Shown here: one piece after another, positions 30,565 through 41,400 of the stretch
Layout of the letters: every line of letters begins with the position of its first letter
How positions within the stretch are numbered: position 1 is the first letter of the stretch
Made by a program: the position numbers and the translations under genes
NCBI GenBank assembly: GCA_965222155.1
Contig: CBDCTH010000012.1
Span: 1,344,001-1,408,000, forward strand
Direction: 5' to 3'
Length of the DNA: 64,000 bases
Origin: Gammaproteobacteria bacterium
Lineage (GTDB): Bacteria > Pseudomonadota > Gammaproteobacteria > Eutrophobiales > Eutrophobiaceae
Notes under the pieces: model-generated
Databases searched by the model: none
Told to the model about the DNA's origin: nothing
What the model saw: the letters and a program-made list of their open reading frames with translations, nothing else

Positions 30565-32184
30565 TTAACGCCACTCACTCTCACGCAGTTCTATTCTACG
30601 GATCTTGCCGCTCACGGTCTTGGGCAAGTTGTCGACGAAATCAATTTTGCGCGGGTACTTGTAGGGCGCCGTTACCTGTTTTACGTGCTCCTGTAGTGTC
30701 AGTTTCAATTGCGCGGACGTGCTGAACCCCGGCGCCAGGACCACAAAGGCCTTGACCACCTCGCCACGGGTTTTATCTGGGCTGGAGACCACGGCTGACT
30801 CGGCAACGGCCGGATGTTCAATCAGGGCGCTTTCCACCTCAAAAGGGCCGATCCGGTATCCGGCTGACAGAATCACATCATCGGCCCGGCTGACAAACCA
30901 GAAGTAACCGTCCACATCCCGGTAGGCGCGATCGCCGGTCACGTACCAGTCGCCCCGCCTCGTGGCGGCAGTACGTTCGGGATCATTGCGATACTCACGG
31001 AAAAACCCCTGGGGTGGTTGTGGCTCGATACGCACGGCAATATCTCCTTCCTTATCTGCTTCGGCAATGTTGCCTTCATTATCAATGATCTGCAGGTCAA
31101 TACCCGGTGCCGGTTTGCCCATGGAACCGGCCTTGGGCTCTATACAGGGAAAGCTGGCGCAGAGTATCACTGACTCGGTCTGCCCGTAACCGTCCCGGAT
31201 CGTCAGGCCGGTTGCCTTCTTCCAGGTGTCGATGATTTCGGGATTGAGCGGTTCACCGGCTCCGGTGCAGTGTCGAAGCGCCTTGAATTCGTAACGGTTG
31301 AGATCTTCCAGAACCAGCATGCGATAGATGGTCGGCGCCCCGCAAAAAGTGGTAATCGGATACTTTGCCAGAAGTTCCAGGGTCTGTTGCGGACTGAAAC
31401 CGGTAGTGTGATGGATAAATAATGTAGTCCCGCATAACCATGGGCCGAAGTAACTGCTGTAGGCAGCCTTGCCCCAGCCGGTATCACTGACGTTCCAGTG
31501 CAGGTCATCCGGCTTCAGGTCCAGCCACAGTTCACCGGTTATCCGGTGACCGATGGCATAGTTGTGGGAATGGATGCACATCTTGGGGTAGCCTGTCGTG
31601 CCGGAGGTGAAGTAACAGATGGCTTCATCCTCAGCGCCCGTATCAACGGTTTTGAACGCAGGGCTTGCGGCGGCCACGGCCTGCTCATAATCGATCCAAC
31701 CGTCCCGCCGGCTGTCCGTGACAATGCGCACCGCCAGGGTAGGGCAGTTTCCCATCACTGCATCCACCTTGGCCGCATTGGCGCTGTCGGTAACCACACA
31801 GGTGGCCGCGGCAGCGTTTATCCTGTATTCCAGGTCTTTTTCTGAAAGTTGTACGGTACCCGGTGATATCACTGCACCCATTCGCAAGGTAGCAGTGAAT
31901 GTCTCCCACCAGGGAATTACCCTGGGCAGCATGACGATGACCGTATCGCCCGTCCTGACACCGGCCTCTGTCAGGACATTACATAATCGCCTCGATGCCT
32001 CACTGATCTGGGCAAACGTCCTGCTGATCCCGGCACCCTCGTCATCGACCCAGAACAGGGCAGGTTTATCGGGTTCCCAGCGGTCGATTACGTCACGGGC
32101 GAAATTATATTTTTCGGGGCGCTCCCATTGGAAAGAGGAGTATGTCTCCTGATAGTCCTTCATATTGTATTCGATGCCATTCAT
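30565..32184 (-). CDS. Medium-chain acyl-CoA synthetase (ACSM-like)
   Basis: YFTSGTTGYPK, DGYGQTE, TGD, YKYPRKI...LPKTVSGKIRR. Confidence 0.9.
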   Translation of the reverse strand: MNGIEYNMKDYQETYSSFQWERPEKYNFARDVIDRWEPDKPALFWVDDEGAGISRTFAQISEASRRLCNVLTEAGVRTGDTVIVMLPRVIPWWETFTATLRMGAVISPGTVQLSEKDLEYRINAAAATCVVTDSANAAKVDAVMGNCPTLAVRIVTDSRRDGWIDYEQAVAAASPAFKTVDTGAEDEAICYFTSGTTGYPKMCIHSHNYAIGHRITGELWLDLKPDDLHWNVSDTGWGKAAYSSYFGPWLCGTTLFIHHTTGFSPQQTLELLAKYPITTFCGAPTIYRMLVLEDLNRYEFKALRHCTGAGEPLNPEIIDTWKKATGLTIRDGYGQTESVILCASFPCIEPKAGSMGKPAPGIDLQIIDNEGNIAEADKEGDIAVRIEPQPPQGFFREYRNDPERTAATRRGDWYVTGDRAYRDVDGYFWFVSRADDVILSAGYRIGPFEVESALIEHPAVAESAVVSSPDKTRGEVVKAFVVLAPGFSTSAQLKLTLQEHVKQVTAPYKYPRKIDFVDNLPKTVSGKIRRIELRESEWR

Positions 32185-32250
32185 AAGATGATCAACGTAT
32201 AAAATTTAAGGTTAAAGGTCAATGGAAATAGTGCCAGGCTGGTTGCTAAA

Positions 32251-32673
32251 TCAAATCTTCATCTGTTCAAGTCGTTTATGGCATTGATATCTGAATTCTT
32301 GTAATTCCTGCATAACGCTTTCTATATCTTCAAGCTGTCTTTCAAGCAGACAGATTTTTTCAGCGATCTTGTCGAGTATATGGTTCAACTGGGCTGCTTC
32401 TCCCGGTTCGGAATCATACAAGCTGAACATTTCGCCGATTTCGTTCAGGGAGAATCCCAATCGTTTTCCGCGCAGAATCAACTTCAGTCGGGTACGATCA
32501 CGAATAGTATATAGGCGGTTTCTGCCCTGTCTGACCGGGGATAACAGACCGGCATCCTCATAGAATCTGATTGTCCGGGTAGTCACATCAAATTCTTTTG
32601 ATAAATCTGATATTGAGTATAGTTTTCTTTTATAACTATTTGAAATATCACTATTAATATATTTTTTTGGCAT
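32251..32673 (-). CDS. liuR: MerR-family regulator, LiuR-like
   Basis: YSISDLSKEFDVTTRTIRFYED, RLKLILRGKRLGFSL; divergent from icmF; start taken at ATG 32673. Confidence 0.8.
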   Translation of the reverse strand: MPKKYINSDISNSYKRKLYSISDLSKEFDVTTRTIRFYEDAGLLSPVRQGRNRLYTIRDRTRLKLILRGKRLGFSLNEIGEMFSLYDSEPGEAAQLNHILDKIAEKICLLERQLEDIESVMQELQEFRYQCHKRLEQMKI

Positions 32674-32706
32674 GATATTTATGATGGTTTGAGTGCTAAA
32701 AATATA

Positions 32707-32734
32707 TTGACGTTTACGTAAACGTAAATATAAT
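32707..32734 (+). promoter_or_regulatory. LiuR-type operator overlapping the icmF promoter
   Basis: TTGACGTTTACGTAAACGTAAA then TATAAT; matches the LiuR-type TTTACGTnnACGTAAA box, with -35 TTGACG and -10 TATAAT. Confidence 0.75.
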
Positions 32735-32761
32735 ACATTTATATATCTACGACAAATAAGA

Positions 32762-35700
32762 ATGGGAAATACTTTGCCTGAAAGTAAACAACGTACCTCC
32801 GTTCCACGTTTTGTGACGGCTGCCAGCCTGTTTGATGGCCATGATGCGTCTATCAATGTTATGCGGCGGATATTACAGCAGTCCGGTGCTGAGGTAATAC
32901 ACCTGGGACATAACCGTTCCGTATATGAGATTGTCACTACGGCATTACAGGAAGACGTGCAAGGAATAGCAGTCAGCTCATACCAGGGAGGACATCTGGA
33001 ATATTTTAAATACATGCTCGACATGTTGCGGGCCCATGATGCCGGTCATATCCGGGTGTTTGGTGGAGGTGGTGGAGTAATCATCCCGGATGAGATACGT
33101 GAATTGCACGATTATGGTGTACAGCGCATCTATTCTCCGGAAGACGGTCATCAGCTGGGATTACAGGGGATGATCGATGACATGCTGGAATCCTGCCGTT
33201 GTGAAACCGATTGTTTACCTTCCTCTACGTTGGATAAGTTCAAGGATGGGGACAGAAATGCCCTGTCGAGGGTAATCAGCGCCATTGAAAATAACAATCT
33301 CAATCCGGATCAAAAAGCTGACCTGAAACGACAGGCGCTCATCCGGGGCGCAGGCACGCCTGTCCTGGGCATTACCGGCACGGGCGGCGCAGGTAAATCC
33401 TCGCTCACGGATGAAATTATTCGCAGGATTCGACTGGATAGCCGGGATGGCCTCAGAATAGCCATCCTCGCTATAGATCCCACCCGTAAGAAAACAGGCG
33501 GGGCTTTGCTGGGAGACAGGATCCGGATGAACGCGATATATCATAAGACGATATATATGCGTTCCCTGGCTACGCGTTCTGCTACAACTGAAATCCCCGA
33601 TTACCTGCCGGAAATCATAAACGCGGTGAAAATGTCGGGATTTGACTTGATCATCGTCGAAACACCAGGTATCGGTCAGGGTGATGCGGGTATTGTGCCC
33701 CTGGTGGATTTTGCCGTATACGTTATGACCCCTGAGTTCGGCGCTGCCAGCCAACTGGAAAAAATTGATATGCTGGATTTTGCCGATGCCGTGGCTATTA
33801 ACAAGTTTGATCGCAAGGGCGCTGAGGATGCCCGCAGGGACGTGGCAAAACAGATGCAACGCAACCGCCAGTTGTTTTCAGAAGATCTTTACGACATGCC
33901 GGTATACGGCACTATCGCCGCCAAATACAACGATGCCGGCATTACCGCACTTTACCAGGGCCTGTTGCCTGCCTTAAAGGAAAGAGGACTACCTGAATAT
34001 AAAAGTCTCCTGCCTGCCGTCAAAGTCAAAACATCTACCGAACGTTCCGTAATTATACCGCCGCAACGGCAGCGTTACCTGGGAGAGGTGGCCGCTGTCG
34101 TTCGAGAGTACCACCAACACACACAAGAACAGGCAGACATAGCGAGACAGCGGCAGCAATTACAAGCCAGTATGGCCATGTTACAGGCTGCCGGCAGTGG
34201 AATTGACCCGGCTTCCAGTGCTGCGTTGGAGGGGCTTGCTGCACAAAAACAGGAATTACTGGACCCCTACTGCACGGAATTACTGGAGCAATGGCCAGTG
34301 CTCCGTAATAGATACCAGGGTGACGAATTTGTCATGCAGGTACGGGATAAGGATATCAGGACAAAAACCACGTTCACCACGCTCTCCGGCACGGTGGTTC
34401 CCAGAATCACGTTGCCGCGCTATGCCGATCATGGTGAACTGTTAAGCTGGCTGATGCGGGAAAACCTGCCGGGCTATTTTCCCTTTACCGCAGGCGTATT
34501 TCCGTTCAAGCGTGAAAATGAGGCTCCGACCCGCATGTTTGCAGGGGAAGGGGATCCGTTCAGGACCAACAGGCGCTTTAAGAACCTATCGGAGCATTCC
34601 GAGGCCAAACGCCTGTCAACGGCGTTCGATTCGGTGACCCTGTATGGTTTTAACCCGGACGAGCGGCCGGATATCTACGGCAAGGTCGGTAATTCCGGTG
34701 TTTCCATCGCCACCCTGGACGATATGAAAGCCTTGTACGACGGCTTTGACCTGTGTGATCCCGATACCTCCGTTTCCATGACCATCAACGGCCCGGCGCC
34801 GGCGATTCTGGCCTTTTTCCTGAACACGGCGGTTGACCAGCAGATAGAGAAATTCAAACAGGCGCATAAGAGGGAGCCGGATGCCGGGGAAGCCGCCCAC
34901 ATCCGGTCACAAACCCTGGAAAACGTGCGCGGCACCGTACAGGCCGATATCCTGAAAGAGGATCAGGGCCAGAACACCTGCATTTTTTCCACGGAATTCA
35001 GCCTGCGCGTGATGGGGGACATTCAGCAGTATTTCATCGATAACAATGTCCGTAATTTTTATTCGGTTTCCATATCCGGTTACCACATAGCAGAAGCCGG
35101 CGCCAACCCCATCTCTCAACTTGCCTTCACCCTGGCGAACGGTTTTACCTTTGTAGAGGCCTACCTTGCCCGCGGCATGCATATCGATGATTTTGCCCCT
35201 AACCTGTCGTTTTTCTTTTCCAACGGTATGGAGCCTGAGTATACGGTGCTGGGCAGGGTGGCGCGGCGCATCTGGGCTATTGCCATGCGGGATAAATACG
35301 GCGCCGGCGAACGCAGTCAGAAGCTGAAATACCATATTCAGACTTCCGGACGCTCCCTGCACGCCCGGGAGATGGCGTTTAACGATATACGTACTACCTT
35401 GCAAGCCCTGATCGCCGTTTATGACAACTGCAACAGCCTCCATACCAATGCGTTTGATGAAGCCGTTACCACGCCTACGGAGGCTTCCGTGCGGCGCGCC
35501 CTGGCTATTCAGTTAATCATCAACAAGGAATGGGGACTGGCCATGAATGAGAACCCCAGTCAGGGATCGTTTATCATTGAAGAGTTGACCTACCTGGTTG
35601 AGGAGGCGGTATTACAGGAGTTTGAACGTATCTCCGAACGGGGCGGCGTTCTCGGCGCCATGGAAACCGGGTATCAACGCGGCAGGATACAGGATGAATC

Positions 35701-36024
35701 GCTGTATTATGAACACAGGAAACATGACGGAAGCTATCCCATCATCGGTGTCAACACGTTCCTCAACCCTTACGAGGAAGAGGGTTCCGGCGCCCTGCTG
35801 AGCCGTTCCACGCAGGAGGAAAAACAAAGCCAGCTGCGGCGCTTGAGAGAGTTCGAGGAAAGGAATACGGATAAGGCGACCGGGCGCTGCAACGCATCCG
35901 TAACGCGGTAATCAACAATGAAAACGTATTCGCAGAACTCATGCACGCAGTGCGATATTGTTCCCTGGGACAACTGACCGATGCCTTTTTTGCCACCGGA
36001 GGGCAATATCGGCGCAGTATGTAA
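32762..36024 (+). CDS. icmF: Fused isobutyryl-CoA mutase/MeaB-like GTPase (B12-dependent), frameshifted near 35880
   Basis: [10 protein letters not shown]12 domain, [10 protein letters not shown]-domain, RMFAGEG mutase; the conserved tail NVFAELM...GGQYRRSM* lies in another frame at 35884-36024. Confidence 0.93.
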
Positions 36025-36121
36025 TATATCCCGATTTATTCAATCATCCGGTACTGTGCCCGACGGGCCGGTTTTTTTCAGCTATTTAGCCATATGAAGC
36101 AATTCCAAGGAAATTGTTACT

Positions 36122-36144
36122 GGGATATACCATTGATATATCCC
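36122..36144. promoter_or_regulatory. Palindromic operator upstream of the third vapBC
   Basis: GGGATATA-7 nt-TATATCCC. Confidence 0.55.
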
Positions 36145-36187
36145 TAATTTGTTCTAGTATCAAATATAACCTGATGCGGAGATTTCG

Positions 36188-36408
36188 ATGGAACAATCCA
36201 CTGTGTTCAAGAGTAACAAAAGCCAGGCAGTGCGACTTCCCAAGCCGGTTGCATTGCCTGATTCGGTTAAAAAGGTGGATATGGTAATGCACGCCTGATT
36301 ACGCCTGCGGGGGAAAGCTGGGCTCACTGGTTCGACAGGCCGGGGGTTTCAGATGATTTTAGGGCGGAGCGGGAACAGCCGGCAATTCAACCAAGAGAGT
36401 CCTTATAG
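36188..36408 (+). pseudogene. vapB: Frameshifted VapB antitoxin
   Basis: MEQSTVFKSNKSQAVRLPKPVALP...KKVD then continues in another frame GNARLITPAGESWAHWFD...EQPAIQPRESL*. Confidence 0.85.
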
Positions 36409-36818
36409 TGCTCAAATACATGTTGGATACCAACATTGTCATTTACACGATCAAAAACCGGCCTGTGAGAGTGAGAGTAAGGGAAGTATTTAAACGCCAT
36501 TCAGGACAGATGGCAATTTCCGCTGTTACATTTGGTGAACTAATCTATGGCGCTGAAAGATCTTCTCAACCGGAACGTAATCTGAATGACATAGAAGGTA
36601 TGATTGCCCGGCTTGAAGTACTGCCATTCGACGAGTTGGCTGCAGCACATTTTGGGCAACTCCGTGCTGAACTGGCTCGTGCAGGAACACCAATAGGACC
36701 GTATGACCAAATGATTGCGGGTCATGCCCGTGCTGCAGGTCTTGTCCTTGTTACCAATAATGTTGATGAATTTAAACGAGTACCCGGCTTGCGAATCGAA
36801 AACTGGACTCTTCAATAA
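36408..36818 (+). CDS. vapC: VapC PIN toxin (enterobacterial tRNAfMet-cleaving type by similarity)
   Basis: MLKYMLDTNI, IGPYDQMIAGHARA, LVTNN..EF.RVPGLRIENW. Confidence 0.92.
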   Translation: MLKYMLDTNIVIYTIKNRPVRVRVREVFKRHSGQMAISAVTFGELIYGAERSSQPERNLNDIEGMIARLEVLPFDELAAAHFGQLRAELARAGTPIGPYDQMIAGHARAAGLVLVTNNVDEFKRVPGLRIENWTLQ

Positions 36819-36845
36819 GTGTCTTTGAAGGAGAGTTCCATTCAA

Positions 36846-36896
36846 TCCATCGTCGTACTGACCGGCGCCAGTGTATCCGCTAAATCCGGCACACCT
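36846..36896 (+). pseudogene. Short relic of a sirtuin/CobB N-terminus
   Basis: Translates SIVVLTGASVSAKSGTP, resembling the IVVLTGAGISAESGIP motif. Confidence 0.45.
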
Positions 36897-36919
36897 GGCG
36901 TTGGTAAGGCTGAAATTGC

Positions 36920-37357
36920 TTGAACACTGGATTATTAAAAGGCAGTTGTCTCTGTGGCGGTATCACTTATGTAGTCAGTGCGCCATTGAGGGATGTAATA
37001 AATTGTCATTGTTCCATGTGTCGTAAAGCACATGGGGCGGCGTTTCGGACACGTGCTTCGGTCAAAGCATCTGATTTTAAATTTCTTTCCGGAGAACAAC
37101 TTCTAACGCACTATGAATCTTCCTGTGGGGAATGGCGCTCATTTTGCAGTATTTGTGGAGCCAAAATAATTACGAAGTTTTCTCTATTCCCGGATGTGTA
37201 CGGGTTTGCATTGGGCACATTGGATACTGATTCGGAAATTAAAATCGAACGCCATGTCTTTACCCGCTATAAGGCCCCCTGGCACATAATTACTGATGAC
37301 CTTCCTCAAATTGCGGATCTTAGCGATACTGAATTACAGGACGCTAAAAACAAGTAA
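36920..37357 (+). CDS. GFA/CENP-V family zinc protein
   Basis: GSCLCG, CHCSMCRK, FCSICG. Confidence 0.88.
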   Translation: MNTGLLKGSCLCGGITYVVSAPLRDVINCHCSMCRKAHGAAFRTRASVKASDFKFLSGEQLLTHYESSCGEWRSFCSICGAKIITKFSLFPDVYGFALGTLDTDSEIKIERHVFTRYKAPWHIITDDLPQIADLSDTELQDAKNK

Positions 37358-37471
37358 TTTCGTCTTTACGGTTTGGCCGGTGAACAGGTGCCCAATTTCA
37401 TATCTGATCTGCTGAATTAAAACCTGTCATCTTTTCTATTGACGTCCTGATCTAGAGGTACTATATTGACG

Positions 37472-37490
37472 ATTGACGTAATACGTCAAT
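37472..37490. promoter_or_regulatory. higBA operator palindrome
   Basis: ATTGACGTA-A-TACGTCAAT just upstream of higB. Confidence 0.65.
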
Positions 37491-37507
37491 CTACGTCGTG
37501 AGGGAAC

Positions 37508-37783
37508 ATGATAAAGAGATTTAGATGTAAGAAAACAAAGCGTCTATACGAGGGTGGAAGAGTGCCTGCTTTTTCAGGTTTTTCGAGACAGGCTGATAAA
37601 AGGTTAAGAATACTGGATGCCTCAGAAACTCTTGGGGCTTTAAAGTCCTTGCCGAGTAATCGTTTCGAGGCTTTATCCGGTGACAGGGCAGGACAGTATA
37701 GTATACGCGTAAATAGACAGTGGCGCGTATGTTTTACGTGGGACGAAGGAGCTAATGATGTGGAAATCATAGATTATCACTAG
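37508..37783 (+). CDS. higB: HigB (RelE-like) toxin
   Basis: MIKRF, NRFEALSGDRAGQYSIRVNRQWRVCF, VEIIDYH. Confidence 0.93.
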   Translation: MIKRFRCKKTKRLYEGGRVPAFSGFSRQADKRLRILDASETLGALKSLPSNRFEALSGDRAGQYSIRVNRQWRVCFTWDEGANDVEIIDYH

Positions 37784-37821
37784 ATGGATGCAGTTAAAGA
37801 TATAACAGTGAGGTGTTATTC

Positions 37822-38124
37822 ATGGTGAGAGAACCAATTCACCCAGGCGAATTTCTGGCAGATGAGCTGGAAGAAATTAAAATTACGGCAACTGAGTTAT
37901 CACGACAGATTGATGTGCCTGCTAATCGTATTTCGCAGATAATTCGAGGTAAGCGAGACATTAGCGCGGATACTGCCTTGCGTCTTGGGCAGTTTTTTGG
38001 GACTGGACCGGAACTATGGCTGAACTTGCAAAAGGCTTATGATCTGGACAAGGCTAAAGCAGTATTAGGGACAAAAATTCACAAAATACCTCGCTGGCAG
38101 CCAGAACTGCGAGCAGCAGGATAA
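37822..38124 (+). CDS. higA: HigA antitoxin (HTH-XRE)
   Basis: PIHPGEFL, RISQIIRGKRDISADTALRL, WLNLQKAYDL. Confidence 0.93.
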   Translation: MVREPIHPGEFLADELEEIKITATELSRQIDVPANRISQIIRGKRDISADTALRLGQFFGTGPELWLNLQKAYDLDKAKAVLGTKIHKIPRWQPELRAAG

Positions 38125-38179
38125 TCTCCAACACAATAATAATTTGCTTACGTTGAGGCAAACCGTTCCGGAGAGAAAT

Positions 38180-39310
38180 ATGGCTCTATCCCGTCGTGGA
38201 TTTCTCACACGCTCCACCATGTCTGCCGCAAGCGTGCCGTTCCTCTTGGGGTTCAATATCGATTATTGCGATGCTTCACCAGCATCGACCATTGACTGGT
38301 CCATGGGTTTTCCCAACGGCGCCGTCCTGTTGAATCGCAACGAAAACCCCATCGGCCCATCACCGTTAGCCATTGAAGCTGCCAACAAGGGTATCTCACG
38401 CTCATTCCGCTATGCCGATCCGGACCATATCCGCACTCTCCTTGCTGAGCACCACGGCATTGATAAAGACTATTTGTTGGTGGGGACGGGATCGGGTGAA
38501 CTCCTCAAGCTTGCCCCGCTCGCTTTCGCACGCGCGGGCAATGTGGTGTCTACGCTCGAGTCCTACCGGCAAACCCCACGCTTTGCCGAAAGGCTCGGTT
38601 CTGAAGTGAAATGGGTACACCTTCTGAAAGACAATAATTATGCCTACGATATAAACGGACTCCTGAGTGCGGTCGATGCAAATACAAAACTGTTATTCAC
38701 TGTCACGCCGAATAACCCCACCGGTACGACATTAAGCTACGATGATATGCAAAAATTGGCTGATGGGCTGCCGAAACATATGCTGCTTGTCATCGACGAA
38801 GCTTATGTCCACTTCCAGGCTGATGGAAAAACCGGCATCGACCTGGTGAAAGAGGGTTACGGAAATGTCCTGGTAACGCGCACTTTCTCCAAAGCCTATG
38901 CGCTTGCAGGATTGCGCTGTGGTTATGGTATCGGGCACCCCGACATCATGAAAAAAATTGCTGAATTCGGTTGCGGACCTACCAGTACAAACATGGCGGG
39001 ATTTGGCGCCGCCATCGCTTCACTCAAGGATCAGGCCCACCTGGAACGTTCAAGAAATTTTGTAAATAAAGCACGCGCATTTTATGAGAAGAAATTCCGG
39101 GAACTGGGAATATCTTATGTATCGGGCCCACCGATTTTTATCCTGGCTGAATTAGGTAAGAGAACTACCGCTATCAGGGATGAACTCCGGAAAAAGAAAA
39201 TCTTCGTGCGCGACGGAGTCGAGTGGGCGCTACCTGATCATATACGTATTTCCTATGGCTACGAAAAGGAAAACCAGGCTTTTTTCAGAGTACTGAAACA
39301 CCTGATTTAG
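38180..39310 (+). CDS. HisC-like class I/II PLP aminotransferase with Tat signal
   Basis: SRRGFL twin-arginine motif; LNRNENP, PNNPTG, IDEAY, RTFSKAYALAGLRCGY. Confidence 0.88.
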   Translation: MALSRRGFLTRSTMSAASVPFLLGFNIDYCDASPASTIDWSMGFPNGAVLLNRNENPIGPSPLAIEAANKGISRSFRYADPDHIRTLLAEHHGIDKDYLLVGTGSGELLKLAPLAFARAGNVVSTLESYRQTPRFAERLGSEVKWVHLLKDNNYAYDINGLLSAVDANTKLLFTVTPNNPTGTTLSYDDMQKLADGLPKHMLLVIDEAYVHFQADGKTGIDLVKEGYGNVLVTRTFSKAYALAGLRCGYGIGHPDIMKKIAEFGCGPTSTNMAGFGAAIASLKDQAHLERSRNFVNKARAFYEKKFRELGISYVSGPPIFILAELGKRTTAIRDELRKKKIFVRDGVEWALPDHIRISYGYEKENQAFFRVLKHLI

Positions 39311-39358
39311 TATTGTTTCGCCCAATCCAACCACCGGACCTGTTTTAAAAAATACCGC

Positions 39359-40114
39359 ATGAGTAAAACTCCACATCGAATCTCCCGTCGTTTATTTATG
39401 GGCGCCGGTGGCGCCCTGATTACGATCCCTGAGCTGTCTGCATTCGCTGCAGCGGCAGAAGATACCGCAGTGCGCTCTTCCCTGTTAAGCGGCGCCGGCG
39501 TCAGTTTGATCGCAGACGCGTTGAGGAAGATCGGACAAAATCCCATGAAACTGGTGATGACAACCGAGATCAAACCCCTGGTGAACGTGGGTGCAACGAT
39601 TATCGGTCCTGCAGTGACTACCAAATGGGAACCCGCACAGGGTAAAGGTAGTGCTGAAGATATACGACGCTATGTTTTCCGGCCGCTGGATAACGCCACA
39701 GCCGGTTCCATGTGGGTTGTTGCCAGTGGCACTGAACGGATATTGAGCATGTTTGGTGACGTTATAGCCCGGGCCTGTTTGCGAAACGGCCTGGTGGGGG
39801 TCGTCACAGACAGTGGTTGCCGTGACATTGAGGCTATGCAAGCGGTCGGCTTTCCCGTATTCGGCAAGGCTTCGGTTCCCTACGGCCCGGGGAATATAAT
39901 ACGGCCGGTAGCTGCTAACGTACCGGTTACCTGCGGCGAGATAGAAGTCCATCCAGGAGATCTTGTGGCCGCGGATAGCGATGGGGTGATCGTGATCCCG
40001 AAGGCAGTTATTGGCGATTTAAAGGAAAGCGTCATAAAGCAAGCCGCTCATGAAAAAGAAATGCGCCGTAAAATTGACGCGGGTGAATCCTTAGAGAAGG
40101 CGTATTCTTTATAG
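39359..40114 (+). CDS. RraA/HMG-aldolase family protein with Tat-like signal
   Basis: SRRLFM motif then hydrophobic stretch and AFA; FGD, GCRD, VHPGDLVAADSDGVIVIP. Confidence 0.82.
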   Translation: MSKTPHRISRRLFMGAGGALITIPELSAFAAAAEDTAVRSSLLSGAGVSLIADALRKIGQNPMKLVMTTEIKPLVNVGATIIGPAVTTKWEPAQGKGSAEDIRRYVFRPLDNATAGSMWVVASGTERILSMFGDVIARACLRNGLVGVVTDSGCRDIEAMQAVGFPVFGKASVPYGPGNIIRPVAANVPVTCGEIEVHPGDLVAADSDGVIVIPKAVIGDLKESVIKQAAHEKEMRRKIDAGESLEKAYSL

Positions 40115-40150
40115 GACACCGGAAAAATCAAGTGCCAAATTGGATACGAT

Positions 40151-41134
40151 ATGAAATTAATCATGCAATCTACCCTGAACTACAGTTTGTGTAAGCTGTT
40201 TTGTTGCCTGCTATTATTATTTTCAGCAACAGCTTGTGAAAAAAGCAATAAAGTCGATATATCAGCAAAAAAACCTGTAGAAAATATAAATTCGGCAAAA
40301 CTCATCCTGGTTTCCGGCATCACCGGCAGGCAGGGGGGCGCAGTGGCAAAGGAATTACTGTCCCGTGGCTATCGCGTGCGCGGTTTAACCCGTAATCCTG
40401 AAAGTGAGCGTGCGCAACAGTTTGCCGGGCTCGGCGTTGAAATGGTCAAGGGTGATTTCAATGATATAAATTCATTAAATCAAGCAACTCAAGGCGTCTA
40501 TGGCGTTTTTTCCGTTCAGAATTTCTGGGAACACGGAAAACAGGCAGAAATTACCCAGGGAAATAACTTCGCCGACGCCGCCAAACAGGCGGGAGTGACG
40601 CATTTCGTTTATTCATCTGTCGCCAGTACCGATAAAAACACCGGTATTCCACACTTTGACAGCAAGTATGAGATTGAGAAACATATTAAATCCATACAGT
40701 TACCTTACACAATAATAAGACCCGTCTCGTTCATGGAAAATTGGGAATATTCCCGCGCTGATATTGAAAACGGGGTCATTTATGGGCCGCTGTCAGCAGA
40801 AACACCCCATCAACATATTGCCGTTAAGGATATTGGACGTTTCGTCGCCGAGGCATTTGATAACCCTGATGAATGGCTTGGGAAATCTTTAGACATAGCC
40901 GGTGATGAATATACGCAACGGGAAATCGCCAGTCTTTTCTCACAAGTGACAGGAAAAGACGTTAAATATGTCCGGACGCCATGGGATGAATTTGAACAGC
41001 AACAAGGCCCGGAGATGACCATTATGGAAAAATGGTTTGAAAACGTGGGCTACAGCGTAGACGTGGATACTCTTCGCAGCCAATACCCCTGGCTTAGTTC
41101 TTTGGAGCAATATCTAAAGGAAAATGGCTGGTAG
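40151..41134 (+). CDS. NmrA/HSCARG-like NAD(P)-binding protein with lipoprotein-like signal
   Basis: LLFSATAC lipobox-like; GITGRQGGAV, PHFDSK, RPVSFMEN. Confidence 0.85.
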   Translation: MKLIMQSTLNYSLCKLFCCLLLLFSATACEKSNKVDISAKKPVENINSAKLILVSGITGRQGGAVAKELLSRGYRVRGLTRNPESERAQQFAGLGVEMVKGDFNDINSLNQATQGVYGVFSVQNFWEHGKQAEITQGNNFADAAKQAGVTHFVYSSVASTDKNTGIPHFDSKYEIEKHIKSIQLPYTIIRPVSFMENWEYSRADIENGVIYGPLSAETPHQHIAVKDIGRFVAEAFDNPDEWLGKSLDIAGDEYTQREIASLFSQVTGKDVKYVRTPWDEFEQQQGPEMTIMEKWFENVGYSVDVDTLRSQYPWLSSLEQYLKENGW

Positions 41135-41378
41135 AGTAAAGTCGCGAAAATCGCTTGTCCTCAAGCTGGCTCTGTTTCATTTCGCGTTAGTTCTCCTATT
41201 CGATGTGCTGGCCGTTTATGCACCCGGCATAATGACCAGGTCGATTGGAAGCGATAGCGCCTTTACTATCGGCATCGTATTTGCCTTAGGTATCGTCCTG
41301 TCCGTTATAGTCTCGGCTTTTTATTATTCCGGGCGCATTAATCAGGAAGATATGAGCCGTGCGGGTGCTTCAGATTAA
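41124..41378 (+). CDS. DUF485/YjcH-like small membrane partner of ActP
   Basis: Two hydrophobic segments directly upstream of an SSS permease. Confidence 0.65.
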   Translation: MAGRVKSRKSLVLKLALFHFALVLLFDVLAVYAPGIMTRSIGSDSAFTIGIVFALGIVLSVIVSAFYYSGRINQEDMSRAGASD

Positions 41379-41400
41379 AGAGCAAGGGAAGGCAAATGAT

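Noticed and set aside
32674-33024. N-terminal extension of the 257-aa MerR ORF
   Set aside because: Antisense to icmF and spans the promoter; the MerR domain starts near ATG 32673.
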